Below are positions 13,059 to 25,818 of a stretch of 64,000 nt of DNA, one piece after another. Source of the stretch: Negaprion brevirostris (Eukaryota); the NCBI GenBank assembly GCA_030324005.1, contig JARDVH010000031.1, positions 36,977,494 through 37,041,493 on the forward strand. The letters are read 5' to 3'. How positions within the stretch are numbered: position 1 is the stretch's first letter; the number at the start of each line of letters is the position of its first letter. The notes under the pieces are model-generated. The model was not told where the DNA came from. It saw only the letters and a program-made list of their open reading frames with translations, and did not search any database. The position numbers and the translations under genes are program-made.

Positions 13059-13494
13059 CTAAATACACCAGAGAGGCTAATTACACAGCATCGGTGCAAA
13101 ACGCTTTGTTATGCCGTGGACACACAATTAGTGGCATCAAACCCCACATTACAATAGAAATAACACTGCCGTCAGCCAGGTACAGCAGCATACGACTTCA
13201 AGATGGCACACTGTTCAAGTGAAAGAGGGAATAGAACATTCTCCATGCTGTACAGAAAGTATCAAGTCTAAAAGAACATTTTTATCACTTTTCCCAACAT
13301 GTGAACTATGATCCACATATTCACTATAGAGACTGTAGCTTTGTCTAGCAGCAGTGGGGAAAAATGGAAGCAAAAGGATAGACTATGCATTATTTGATGA
13401 TTTGCAATGTAATATCTACGGTAGCAAGACATTGACTAATACAGGATTATTGTGTCTTTTATTTTGTTGGCTTTTATCGTTATTTTAATTATAA

Positions 13495-13768
13495 TCTGTT
13501 TATTAGTGTCTCAAATCGGCTTACATAAACACTGCACTGAAGTTACTGTGAAAATCCACTAGCTGCCATACCCTGGTGCCTGTTCATTACATGGTCAATG
13601 CACCTAACCAGCACATCTTTCAGACTGTGAGAGGAAAGCAGAGCACCCAGAAGAAACCCATGCAGACATGGGCAGAACATGCAAACTCCACACAGACAGT
13701 GACCCATATTAGAAGTCGAACTTGGGTCCCTGGTGTTGTGAGGCAACAGTGGTAAACGTTGCCCTGCC
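13495..13768 (-). mobile_element. HE1-type SINE, alternative-tail subfamily
   Basis: HE1 head and core, but the tail reads ...GGATTTTCACAGTAACTTCAGTGCAGTGTTTATGTAAGCC...CACTAATAAA. Confidence 0.85.
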
Positions 13769-14537
13769 CCATGTATGGGGAGCTGGTTAGCTCAGAAAGC
13801 TAGCATATGTTTCAGAATAACACCAACAGCACAGGTTCAATTCCTGTTCCTTCTGAGGTAGAGTTGGGACCTGCCTCCTCATTCCACTCCTGAGAGTGGA
13901 AGGCAATGGCAAAATACCATGGACAAAACCTGCCAAGAAAACAGCTGAGAGTGAAGCATTGGCGGAGAATGAGCCAGGGACCTGCAGAGTGCATTTGAAT
14001 AAATTCTCATGCTTACATTACTTCTGCCATTTAGTAATTGTCTGTCTTTCATGAAAGTGCCTGTCAATGTTCTATTTCATCATTTGGATGCTTTGTTCTT
14101 TTTCACCTCTGTTGCTTTTTAAATGCTGCTCTTCAGTAAGATCTTCCAGCTCAGGCAAAAAATACCATTCATAGAGTACTTTGGAGAGAAGGAAAGGAGC
14201 GGGTGCAGAATGTAGTGTTACAGTCACAGCTAGAATGGAGAAAAAAATCAACTTAATGTAAAGTCGGACCATTTACAAGTCTGATAGTAGCAGGGAAGAA
14301 GCTGTTCTTGAATTGGTTGGGACATGATCTTAGACTCCTGTAACTTTTTCCCAATGGAAGAAGGTGAAAGACAGTATATCTGGGGTGTGTGGGGAAATAT
14401 GAGAGCAAAAGATAAACTGTACATTATGTGATGATCTACAACATAATGTCTATGGTAGCAAGACATTGACTAACACAGGATTCTTATGCCTTATATATTC
14501 TTATATTATATATTTTATATTATATATTCTTATGCCT

Positions 14538-14765
14538 AAAGTTTATTTATTAGTGTCACAAGTAGGCTTACATAAACACTGCACTGAAGATATGTGAAAA
14601 TCCCCTAGTCGCCTGTTCAGTGCATGGTCAATGCACCTAACCGGCACATCTTTCAGACTGTGGGAGGAAACCAGAGCACTGGAGGAAACTCACACAGACA
14701 CAGGGAGAACATGCAAACTCCACACAGACAGTGACCCAAGCTGGCAATTGAAATCAGGTCCCTTG
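14538..14765 (-). mobile_element. HE1-type SINE, alternative-tail subfamily
   Basis: Same structure as 13495-13768. Confidence 0.85.
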
Positions 14766-14959
14766 GGTTACTGCTGCTAAAATACTACCTTTTCCATCAT
14801 CTCCACAAATGCTGCTTAATCTGTTGCCTGTTTCCAACATTTTCTATCTTTATTTTACAAGATTTCAGTTTAATTGGCTAAAATTGTTGTTTTCATTATA
14901 TTTTTATTGCTATTTCACATATTTCAAAATTATTTTTACCAAAAAAATTTAAAACTGGC

Positions 14960-15680
14960 AACAAATGGCAATCTCCTCTTCAATGTCAGTGAAATAAAGG
15001 ATAGTCATTGACTTCAGAAAGCATAGTGGAGGCCATGTCCCTGTCTACATCAACAGGGATGAAGTGGAAATGGTCGAGAGCTTTAGGTTTCTAGGTATCC
15101 AGATCATCAACAAGCTGTCCTAGTCCCTCCATGCTGAAGCTATAGTGAAGAAAGCCCACCAACATCACTATTTTCTCAGGAGGTGAAGGAAATTCAGCAT
15201 GTCCACGATGACTCTCACCAAATTTTACAGATGCACTGTAGAAAGCATCCTTTCCAGATGTATCACCACTTGGTATGGCTTCGGCCAAGACTACAAGAAA
15301 CTACAAAGGGTTGTGAAAGTAGCACAGTTCATCATGCAAACTGGCCTCTCATCCATTGATTCTATTTATACTCCCTGCTACCTCGGAAAAGCAGCCAGCA
15401 TAATCAAGGATCCCACACACCGCAGACATACTCTCTTCTATCTTCTTCCATCGGGAAAAAGATACAAGAGTCTGAACAGCTTCTTCCCTGCTGCTATCAG
15501 GCTTGTGAATGGACCTATCTTATATTAAGTTGATTTTTCTCTCTATCCTAGCTATGACTGTAACACTGCATTCTGCATCCTCTCCTTTCCTTCTCTTTGA
15601 TGTATTCTATGCATGGTATGCATTGTCTGTATAGCATGCAAGAAACAATACTTTTCACTGTATTCCAATACATGTGACAG
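14960..15680 (+). mobile_element. Rex1/Babar-like LINE 3' fragment
   Basis: VIDFRK, FRFLG, TLTKFYRCTVESILSRCITTWYG, LLPSGKRYKSL, SFFPAAIRL. A related minus-strand 3' piece lies at about 14170-14390. Confidence 0.8.
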
Positions 15681-15866
15681 GGTGGCANNNNNNNNNNNNN
15701 NNNNNNNNNNNNNNNNNNNNNNNNNNNNNNNNNNNNNNNNNNNNNNNNNNNNNNNNNNNNNNNNNNNNNNNNNNNNNNNNNNNNNNNGGGGTGAATTCCA
15801 CACAGTCACCCCCCTCTGGGTGAAGAAATTTCTCCTCGCCTCAGTTCGAAAAGGTTTACCCCTTAT

Positions 15867-16205
15867 TGGCACGGTAGCACAGTGGTTAGCACTGCTGCTT
15901 CACAGCTCCAGGGATCTGGGTTCCATTCCCGGTCACTGTCTGTGTGGAGTTTGGACGTTCTCCTCATGTCTGCGTGGGTTTCCTCCGGGTGCTCCGGTTT
16001 CCTCCCACAGTCAAAGATGTGTGAGTTAAGTTGATTGGCCATGCTAAAAAATTGCCCCTTAGATTCGTGAGATGAGTAGGTTAGAGGGATTAGCAGGTAA
16101 AATATGTAGGGATATGGGGGTAGGGCCAGGGTGGGTTCATGGTCAATGCAGACTTGATGGGCTGAATGGCCTCCCTCCGCACAGTAGGGTTTTTATGATT
16201 CTATC
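15867..16205 (+). mobile_element. HE1-type V-SINE inserted in a minus-strand CR1 3' fragment (15788-16330)
   Basis: CR1 sequence AAAGGTTTACCCCTTAT resumes as CCTTAAACTATAAC after the SINE. Confidence 0.85.
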
Positions 16206-16330
16206 CTTAAACTATAACTCCCTAGTTCTGGACTCCCAAACCATCGGGAACATTCTTTCTGAATCTACCCTGTTAGAATTTTATAAGTTTCTATGAGATC
16301 CCTCTCACTCGTCTAAACTCCAGTGAATAT

Positions 16331-16455
16331 AATTTCCCCATTCAGCCCATCCGACGGGAATCGGAGTGGGCGAGGGCCGGAACGTAGGAAGCTCTGTTGA
16401 CCTCGGGTGGGATTTTCCGGTTTAGGGGTGAGCGTGGCTGGAAACTCCCACCCCC
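16331..16455. mobile_element. About 125-bp MITE (Harbinger-type)
   Basis: Reverse-complement homolog of 25692-25818 and 27913-28038. Confidence 0.65.
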
Positions 16456-16671
16456 GTTAAAAGTGGTGGCCAGGTTATCCCTCGCGAGCAGACAGACGAA
16501 ACCTCAGTTCAGCATCTTGCGTGAATTGTGGCACTCAGACAGTGTGGCATTCCCTCGGTGGAAGTCACTGACACCGGGTGTAGTTGAGGCATGTGACAAT
16601 AAGTGGAATCTGGGAAAATTCCAGGAAGAATGAGGACGGGGTGGCGGGGGTTACATGGAAATATTTTCCAT

Positions 16672-17112
16672 TGAATCCCTAGAGTGTAGAAGGAGGCCAT
16701 TCAGCCCATCGAGTCTGCACTGATACCAAACCCACTCAGATCCTGTACCAGCAACCCCACACATTTACCCTGCTCATCACCGACACTAAGGGAGAAATGA
16801 TCATGGCCAATCCCCCTAACCTGCATATCTTTGGACTGTAGGAGGAAACCGGAACGCCCAGAGGAAACCCACGCAGACAGTGTCTGCACGTTCTCCCCGT
16901 GTCTGCGTGGGTTTCCTCCCACAGTCCAAAGATGTGCAGGTTAGCTGCATTGGCTATGTTAAATTGTCCCTTAATGTTCTGGGATGTGTAGTGTAGTGGG
17001 ATTAGCAGGGTAAATATGTGGGGCCATGAAGATAGGGCCTGGGTGGGATTGTTGTCGGTGCAAACTCGATGGACCGAACAACCTCTTTTTGCACTGTAGT
17101 GATTCTATGATA
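16672..17112. mobile_element. Two headless HE1 SINEs fused in inverted orientation
   Basis: Minus copy about 16672-16880 abuts plus copy about 16881-17112. Confidence 0.85.
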
Positions 17113-18944
17113 TCTATGCTTCTTTGTGACAAAAATAAATCATATCAAAATAAATCAAATTCATAGGTCCAGTTTTGTCCCCTATCATCAAAAATATAAT
17201 TTGGAAACCAAGCATTCCAGGTCTAACTTGTAACAATCGAATGAAGAATTTGTAAATTGTTGCAGGTAAATTGTGCGAATATTAACAGGTAGCTGAGGGT
17301 GACCCAGTCTAAGGATAGTCTGCAAGATGAAAGCGAGACTTTTGGTCCCTTGAGCATAGAAGATGAAGAGGTGATGGAACCGAGGTATTTAGAATAATTA
17401 AATGCTTGATAGAGTAGCTGGAGAGAAACTATTTTCTCTAGTGGGTGAATTCAGAACAAGGGGGCACATCTTTTAAATTAGAATTCAGCCATTCTGGAAT
17501 GATTTCTGGAGTAATTCTTCACATAAACAGTGGTGGACATATTCTGGAAATTTCTCCCTCAAGAAGCTCTTGGGATTTTCAAAATTTGAAACTGGAATTA
17601 CTAGATTTCTGTTGGGTAAAAGTTATGGAAGCAAGACAAGAAATTGGACTGGTGATATAGAACTACCATGAACTTAGTGAACAGACTTAAGGGACTGAAC
17701 GGCCACCTTATTTCCCATGCAAGGTTGTAATGGAATAAAGGATTGAAGCAAGGAGCCGGAGTGTGTACAGGATCTAACAAAGGTACGCACTGGACTTTAT
17801 GGAGGATGCATCAGGGTGTACTGAGACTAAGGAGTGTGTGTAAAAGAGAAAATTGGATGCAAAAGGGTNNNNNNNNNNATGTTGCTCTAAAATATACCGA
17901 TTCTAAGGAGGGTTCCTCAGGGTCTAGGGAGAGGTTCTGAGGATATATGGAGTGCAAGTAAATGTGTATGGAGTCTGAAGAGGTTGCCCAAGCTTTTGCC
18001 AGATCTAGGAAAAGTACATGAAATATGAAGTTTAACAAGAGTTCCTGTGAGTGTGAAATAAGGAAATAAATTCATCCACCACGGGATATAGAAATTATTT
18101 ACATTCCCTATCAATCTCGAACACCTCAATTAGACCACCCCACAATCTTCTGTACACAATGGAATACAGGCCTATGCAACTTCTCATAATTTAATGCTTT
18201 AAGTCTAGCTTCATTATGTTGAATCTGTGCTGCAGATTTTCCAAGGCCAGTGTACTCACCCTGCTGTGCAGTGGCTAGAACTGAATTCAAAGTTTGCTTC
18301 AATTAATGTGTCCCATCCACTTATCATTTTAAACACTTGTATTGCTATCTGTGTTGTTCCAATGAAAGACACAAGTTCTTAAGTCTTTCTTTGTTAATAT
18401 TTCTTCATTTCAGCCAACATCGTAATGAGCATGTACTGTATTCTCTTTAAACCCTCAATACCATCCCATGTTCAATTCTCAGCAACTGATGCGCTGTCCC
18501 CCAAATCCTTCTCCTTTTCCCAAGCTTCAACCCACTTCAACATTTTTCAATGTAAATGTACCACCTCACACTTACTGACAATGAATTTGAACTCAACACT
18601 TTTTAGTCCAGCCTTTGATATTACCAATGTCCTCTTGTGGCTTCCTTTGGTCTTGTAAAAGGTCATCTATCACTCCAAACAATAAAAAAATCTTCTGCAA
18701 CAAGATCTTAGATTACATCAATTATTTATACATGAAATATTAGAAGAAAATCTAAATGCAACAGATCATTTAGTCAAAAAGGGCAAATGCATAAATGATT
18801 ATTGATATAGATTTGCAATCCAAGGAAAACCTCCTAAATATTTGGTTGCAAAATGGAAAGCATGGGGTTAGATTTTCAAACAGCCATGAGGATAAAGTTG
18901 GGTATGGGTGCCCTTTAAAAACAGTGCTCCTCAACACCCTCTGA

Positions 18945-19285
18945 GCCATAAAACCACAAGACTTGGAGCAGAATTAGGCCACTCAGCCCATCAAATCTGC
19001 TCCGCAATTCAATCATGGCTGATATTTTTCTCATCCCCATTCTCTTGCCTTTTTCCCATAACCCCTGATCCCCCTATTCATCAAGAACCTATTTATCTCT
19101 ACCTTAAAGACACTCAATGACCTGGCCTCCATAGCCTTCTGCGGCAAAGAGATCCACAGATTCACCACTCTCTGGCTGGAGAAATTCTTCCTCATCTCTG
19201 TTTTAAAGGATCGTCCCTCTAGCCTGAGGTTGCGCCCTCTGATTCTGGTTTTTCGTACTAATGGAAACATCTCTCCACGTCCACC
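18945..19285 (-). mobile_element. CR1 LINE 3' end
   Basis: MFPLV...FKTEMRKNFSSQRVVNLWISLPQ...GIRGYG. Confidence 0.9.
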
Positions 19286-19441
19286 AGCCTGCTGATACTT
19301 CTAGAATTTTCATATTGATGGTGGGTGGAGCTGGCAACCCTCTGAATAACTGGCTGTAAACTTATTGAGGAGGTTGTAATCAGCTGGTGAGGGACAAAAT
19401 TACATTTTCTAAGATGGGAATGGAACAGCCAATAGTCTGGA

Positions 19442-20335
19442 ATGATGCAGCCGGCGGGAGAGACGCAGCCGGCGGGAGAGACGCAGCCGGCGGGAGCGAT
19501 GCAGCCGGCGTGAGAGATGCAGCCGGCGGGAGCGCCGCAGCCGGCGGGAGAGACGCAGCCGGCGGGAGCATTGCAGCTGGCGGAAGCGATGCAGCTGGTG
19601 GAAGCGATGCAGCTGGCGGGAGAGATGCAGCCGGCGGGAGAGATGCAGCCGGAGGGAGAGAAGCAGCTGGCAGGTGTAATGCAGCTGGCGTGAGAGAAGC
19701 AGCTGGCAGGTGTAATGCAGCCGGCGGGAGAGATGCAGCCGGCGGGAGAGTTGCAGCCGGCGGGAGAGATGCAGCCGGCCGGGGAGACGCAGCCGACGGG
19801 GGAGACGCTGGCGGAGGGGGAGACGCAGCCGGCGGGAGCGATGCAGCCGGCGGGGGCGATGCAGNNNNNNNNNNNNNNNNNNNNNNNNNNNNNNNNNNNN
19901 NNNNNNNNNNNNNNNNNNNNNNNNNNNNNNNNNNNNNNNNNNNNNNNNNNNNNNNNNNNNNNNNGGAGCATTGCAGCTGGCGGAAGCGATGCAGCTGGTG
20001 GAAGCGATGCAGCCGGCGGGAGAGATGCAGCCGGCGGGTGTGATGCAGCCGGCGGGAGAGATGCAGCCGGCGGGAGAGATGCAGCTGGCGGGAGAGATGC
20101 AGCTGGCGGGTGTGATGCAGCTGGTGGAAGCGATGCAGCTGGCGGGTGTGATGCAGCCGGCGGGAGAGATGCAGCCAGCGGGAGAGATGCAGCCGGCGGG
20201 TGTGATGCAGCCGGCGGGAGAGATGCAGCCGGCGGGTGTGATGCAGCCGGCGGGAGAGATGCAGCCGGCGGGTGTGATGCAGCTGGCGGGAGAGATGCAG
20301 CTGGCGGGTGTGATGCAGCTGGCGGGAGCACAGCA
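19442..20335. repeat. 18-bp GC-rich minisatellite (GATGCAGCCGGCGGGAGA)n with internal gap
   Basis: Dozens of tandem units with variants; N gap 19865-19963. Confidence 0.97.
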
Positions 20336-21569
20336 GGGAGGCAATAATGTCTTGTTGTTGCTGATTTAATTTTTTCCTTAAGAAAGAGAAATCCAAAGAG
20401 ATATTTGAAGGTGGCATGGACAGATTGGGCCGAAGGGCCTGTATCCATACTATAAACCTCTATGACTCTCTATCTGTACATGCTCAAACCATGATGCGAA
20501 GTTGCAATTGTTCAACAGAGCTGATGATGTAACCATGGCTGGGATTTTGGGGACTTGTTGAGGCAGTGATGTTCATGGCCCTCTGTTCTTCTGTCTGCTC
20601 CATTCCCTAAGGAAACAGTACGCCCAGCCATGGCAGCTCCCTGCCTTTAAGAATCGCCCTGAGAACCAATTCTTTTCTCCAGGTAGCACTTGGCACCATT
20701 ATTTGGGCACCTGGCTTGCCTTCAGCCCAACCGGAGCTTTGCACACAAAAATAGAGCCTTTTGAGCCATGCTTGTGTTGTGAGGTCAAGACCCAGAAATG
20801 CTCTAAATTCCTCATAACAGGCAGTTAATTGGAAATGCACAAAGACTTGCATTGATATGATCCTAAAAACACATATCTGAATAGTTCTTTACTTCCCAAT
20901 ATTGTTTTCTTTCTTACATATTTTACAACTGTGGACTTAAATTAGTTTCTCATGTGCAGAGAGACTTTCTGTTTTATCATTAATCTTATGCATTTAATGT
21001 ATATGTAGCTAAAGTAATAAAGTGCACTGACTTTCATAATTTCATGTATTAATCTTTAACTGCGAGAGAATGATAGTCTTTACCTTATTAGCCAAAAGGT
21101 TTATGCTTTCTTCTGTTAAAGTAGAAATCTATTTTTAATTTGCCCTCTTTGTATTATGTAAATCAATGGCAATGAGCACAACTGCTGAGACACTAAACAG
21201 TCCCATTATAGCTTCCAATTTTGGAAAGGTAGATCATGTTATTATTCTTTACAGGAGAAAGTCCACACTCCATTTGATGTAATTCCAGTAAGTGACACAG
21301 CTGCTTTAAATAATAACAAGATTTTTTAACACTAAGAAAAGATCATTTTGACCACAAGTCTATCATTTTTTAAAGATGTTTTGTCCCTCTGATTTTACTC
21401 TCCTAGTCCTCTCCTGAATGCATGGATTTCCTTACTGCGACGTGATTTCAAGGGCTTGCTTGTCCTCGGGCAAGGTTATCATGTGAGCATTTAAAATGAA
21501 TCTCAATGGCAGTCCCTCATTCTTTACTGCTTCGCTTCTTATAAAGCTAACAGTGAGGCCAGCAGTGTG

Positions 21570-21822
21570 CATAGCAGCATAGGAACAGGTCCAGCCAGTT
21601 AGTTCCTCAAACCTGTTCCATCGTTCAATTAAGGGTTGATTCCATATACTCATCATTATCCTGTATCCTTTAATACGGTNNNNNNNNNNNNNNNNNNNNT
21701 CAGTATTTAACATTAACAGTGGACAAAGCATCTGCTGACCTTTGTGAAAAAGGGTTCCAAACTTCGACCACCCTTTGTGTAGAAGTGTTTCCAAACTTCA
21801 CCCCGAAAAGATCTGCCTCTGA
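21570..21822 (-). mobile_element. CR1 LINE 3' end
   Basis: FYTKGGRSLEPF-like segment (degenerate FTQRVV..WNSL) and a CR1 3' tail. Confidence 0.75.
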
Positions 21823-21829
21823 TACCAGG

Positions 21830-22580
21830 GACTTTTTTCAAAATTAACTGATGGGATTTGGGCATCGCCGGCTAGGCCAGTATTTATTGCCCGTCCCGAG
21901 TTGCCCTTGAGTAGGTGGTGGTGGGCTGCCTTCTTAAACCTCTGCAGTGCTTGAGGTGTAGGTATGCCCACAGTGTTATTATGGAAGGAATTACAAGATT
22001 TTCACTCAGCAACAGTGAAGGAACAGGTATAGATTTCCAAGCCAAGCTGGTGAATGACTTGAAGGGGAATCTCCAGGTGGTGAGGTTCCCAGGTATCTAC
22101 TGATCTTTTCCACCAGATGACAGCAGTTATCAGTTTGGAAGGTGCTGCCTAAGGAACCTTGGTGAGTTCCAACAATACATCTTGTAGACATGGCTATCAG
22201 GATTCGTTGGTGATAGAGGGAGTGAATGTTTATGGAAAGGATAGCAATTAAGTGGGCTGCTTTGTCCTGGATGGTGTTGAGCTGCTTGAGTGTTATTGGA
22301 GCTGCACTCATCCAGGCAAGTGGAGAACGTTCCATCACACTCCTGACTTGCGCCTTGTAGACGGTGGACAGGCTTTGGAAAGTCAGGGGTGAGTCCTTAA
22401 TCTCTGACCTGCCCTTGAGCCACAGTATTTATATGGCTAGTCCAGTTCAGTTCCCAGTCAATGGTAACACCCATGAGGTTGATAATGAGGGATTCAGCAA
22501 TGGTAATGCCATTGACTGTCAAGGAGTGATGGTTAGATCCTCTTTTGTTGGAGATAGTGATTGCCTGGCACTTGTAATGT
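21830..22580 (-). mobile_element. Non-LTR retrotransposon (CR1/L2 group, distinct family) 3' fragment
   Basis: LMGVTIDWELNWTSHINTVA, MERSPLAWMSAAPITLKQLNTIQDKAAHLI; related pieces at about 23150-23520 and 43985-44185. Confidence 0.8.
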
Positions 22581-24823
22581 GCATACATTACAATTAATTG
22601 TTCAATCCCGTTCCTTGTAATTTAACCCTTACACACCCAGTTTGGTTCTATTAAATCCACACTGCTCTGCTTCCAATTGCTCACAATTCTCCAAGTGTCA
22701 TCCAACCAGGGTTTTGTATTCCCTGGTTTCTTTAAAGATGAACACTATAATAAACCTCTCACACATGCCTCCTTGCTGCTGACTCATGGCCGGAGGAATA
22801 TTGAGATTCACATGAAGGTAGAGAAGGAAGCTCAAGTTCCCTTAATATAACAAATGATGAATATATGTAAAGCAGAGCACAGAATTATTGGATCCGAAAC
22901 ATTCTCGGAGCGAGGCTGCACCAGTCAACATCAGGGTCTAATGCAATCAATCACCTTAGAACCTGCTAACATCTCCATGGTTTATCTCAAAATCTCATTC
23001 TACCATTTTAAAAGTATAGCCTTATTATAATTGTAAAAAACACTAAAACCTAAAAACAAGGTCCCCTCTACTTCTGAGTGCCAAAGTCTGAATCTAATAT
23101 AAATTATTTGCATCTGCTCCAATAGCCATGACGTTTACTTCTTCTGTTAGTCCAATTGAATTTCTGCTCGATGGTGACCCCCAGAGTGGGGGAGTCTGAG
23201 TAATGATGCCATGAATGTCAAAAAGATATGGTTAAGCTCTCCCTTGTTGGAGATGGTCATTGCCTGGCATTTGTGTGGCATGAATACCATTTGCTATTTC
23301 TCAACCAAAGGCTGGATGTTGTACAGGTCTTGCTGCATGTGGAAGTGGGCTACTCCATTATCGAAGAAAGGTAAATGAAGCTAGACACTTGGAGGAACCC
23401 TAGAAGTGCTGTCCTGGAGACCAAAATGGTTGGCTTCTGTAGAACACAAATTTCTTTCTGCCAGGTACCACTACAGCCATTGGACAGTGTCCTCCTTAAT
23501 CTACATTGACTTCAGTTTTACTCATTGGTAACGGTGACTAATAAATAGACTGTGTTGGTGCTAGGTTTAGAAAAATTATCCCAGAGTACTTTGTTCTAAA
23601 ATAATTGGTGTTCTTGGCAATTGTAGTAATGGCAGTGGTTGCCCCTCCCACCTGTCAATCAATCAGTGGGTGGTGCCAGTGCTATAGTAAGATGGCGATC
23701 AGCCAATAAGCACCTCAGCGTGGGTTCATAATAAAGTTTGTTTGCAACAAATCGGCTCCTTCCTGAGATTATCACACTGGCGATGAAGATAAACCTGACT
23801 GAAGCTGCTTCCCTCACCAGGGGTACCACACAGTTCAAAGAACAGCAAAAGAAGGTTCAAAAGTTTTGCATGCTTGAAAGGGATTTCTGAAAAGTGTGGG
23901 AAACAAATAAAAGGAAAACTACTGTAGCTCTATAAAATTGGAAGAAGGAATTGCCCCGAAATCCAGCAAATTGCTGCAGTGTTTGTTTTAAGTCAGGGGT
24001 GGGTTTTTAAATTAAATGAAGGAGCACATTGCTGCGGAACTGATAAAAGAATCAACTAGGCTCGAAATGTTGGTTCTATTCCTGCCTCACAGATGCTGTC
24101 AGACCTGTAGAGATTTTCCAGCTGTTTTGTTTCAGATTCTGCAGTATTTTGCTTTTAACTCTCTGTATCAGGTGACTGCTGTTAAACCTGTGCTCACTGC
24201 AGTGACAGTCAGGTGAATGGCAAGCAACTGCAGATAGAGATGGTCACTGATGCTTCAGCTACTGTTGTTGGGAAACACATGTTGAAGTACTTCAGCGAAG
24301 GCAGTAATTCATTGACACTGAAGTAAATGTCCACCCAACTGAGAACCTATGCTGGACAGGCCATTCATGTTCAGGGCATTGTTGCAGTTCCAGTCTACTA
24401 CAAGCAGCAGATAGTCCAGCTTCCTGGGATGGTCGCAGAGGGAGAGNNNNNNNNNNNNNNNNNNNNNNNNNNNNNNNNNNNNNNNNNNNNNNNNNNNNNN
24501 NNNNNNNNNNNNNNNNNNNNNNNNNNNNNNNNNNNNNNNNNNNNNNNNNNNNNNNNNNNNNNNNNNNNNNNNNNNNNNNNNNNNNNNNNNNNNNNNNNNN
24601 NNNNNNNNNNNNNNNNNNNNNNNNNNNNNNNNNNNNNNNNNNNNNNNNNNNNNNNNNNNNNNNNNNNNNNNNNNNNNNNNNNNNNNNNNNNNNNNNNNNN
24701 NNNNNNNNNNNNNNNNTGAGTGGGCCACACTCATCATCCCAGTTCTCAAGCAAGACCAGACTATACGTCCATGTGGTGACTACAAATGGTGGCCAACAGA
24801 GCAGCAAAGTTAGACAAGTATTC

Positions 24824-25045
24824 TATTCCGTATGCACCCACAGACTTAGAGTACCTAAAGAATCACAAGGTAGGCTTGGTAATTTGAATATAGTGAGTTC
24901 TTTATTGTAGGTGCATACTTTTCCACAGTCAGATCTAAGGCAGCCTAACCACACTGGGATGAGCTAATCCCCCAGAGGTCACCTGACCTGCACTCTTAAA
25001 GAGGCAGCACCCAAACTCCAACATACGTTATATACATTTATCACA
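24824..25045 (-). mobile_element. Solo LTR inserted in Gypsy RT
   Basis: Flanked by a TATTC direct repeat (24819-24823, 25046-25050); on the minus strand it starts TGTGA, contains AATAAA and ends TA rather than CA. Confidence 0.7.
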
Positions 25046-25691
25046 TATTCCATTCCCGGATTCGATGACTTGGACACTAATGTAGGAGGAGGCAATCATT
25101 CACCAAGCTAGCTACGAGACATGACCATTAACAATTAGAATTGGACAGCACATCAAGGGAGTACGTGACAATAATACTTAGAGGCCTCTACCAGGATATC
25201 TAATTGCCCTTTGGAATTTCACCCACACGTACCATTCTTCAGCAAACTATGGAGATTCTCCTGCAAGGACTTCCCGGTGTGGTCACGTACTTAGACAACA
25301 TTCTCATTGCTGGACTGGCTGAAGCTGAACATTTAGCCAACCTCGAGGAAGTGCTGAAAAGAATGATGGAAGCAGGGGTGCATTTGAAGCACATTCCAGG
25401 CAGCTGAGGTCACAGAATGGGGGTACATCCTGTTGAAGACAAGTTTCAAACCATTAAACATGCGCCATCACCCTGCAATGTGACAGAATTTAAGTCATTC
25501 CTCAGGATGAAAAATACAATCGGATTGAGCACTCTCCCTGTTGCTGAGGAACCACCACCACAGGTCATGGGGTTCACAGCACAAAAAAGCCTTTGCAGCT
25601 GCTTCAGTCGCCATGCTTGGTGGTACATTATTACCCAGCTAAGAAGTTAGTGCTGACGTGTGACGCTTCTCCCTATCACATTGGAGCCATA

Positions 25692-25818
25692 GGATGGGAT
25701 TTTCTGGCCACACTTGCCCTGAAACAGGAAAATCCCACCTGAGGTCAATGAACCTTTCCGTGGTCCGCCCCATGCTGGCTCTAATTCCCGTGGCAGGTGG
25801 AACAGGAAAATTCATCCC
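25692..25818. mobile_element. 127-bp MITE with 3-bp TSD (Harbinger-type)
   Basis: Imperfect TIRs GGATGGGATTTTC / GAAAATTCATCCC; ATA duplicated; removal restores the RNase H frame GAIMSQQMEDGLEKPIRY. Confidence 0.8.

Noticed and set aside
13775-13960. tRNA-like A/B boxes (GGTTAGCTCAG...GGTTCAATTCC)
   Set aside because: No cloverleaf evident; likely a decayed SINE head, so not called as tRNA.
14105-14150. Minus-strand exon candidate LEDLTEEQHLKSNR
   Set aside because: Weak GAG acceptor and GTGAAA donor; phase does not fit the chain.
19442-20335. Possible CRISPR-like array
   Set aside because: Contiguous tandem units with no unique spacers; vertebrate DNA.
19258-20448. Repetitive Ala/Pro/Gly-rich ORFs resembling antifreeze, mucin or elastomeric proteins
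   Set aside because: Open in nearly all frames because the 18-bp unit lacks stops; flanked by CR1 debris with no unique coding context.
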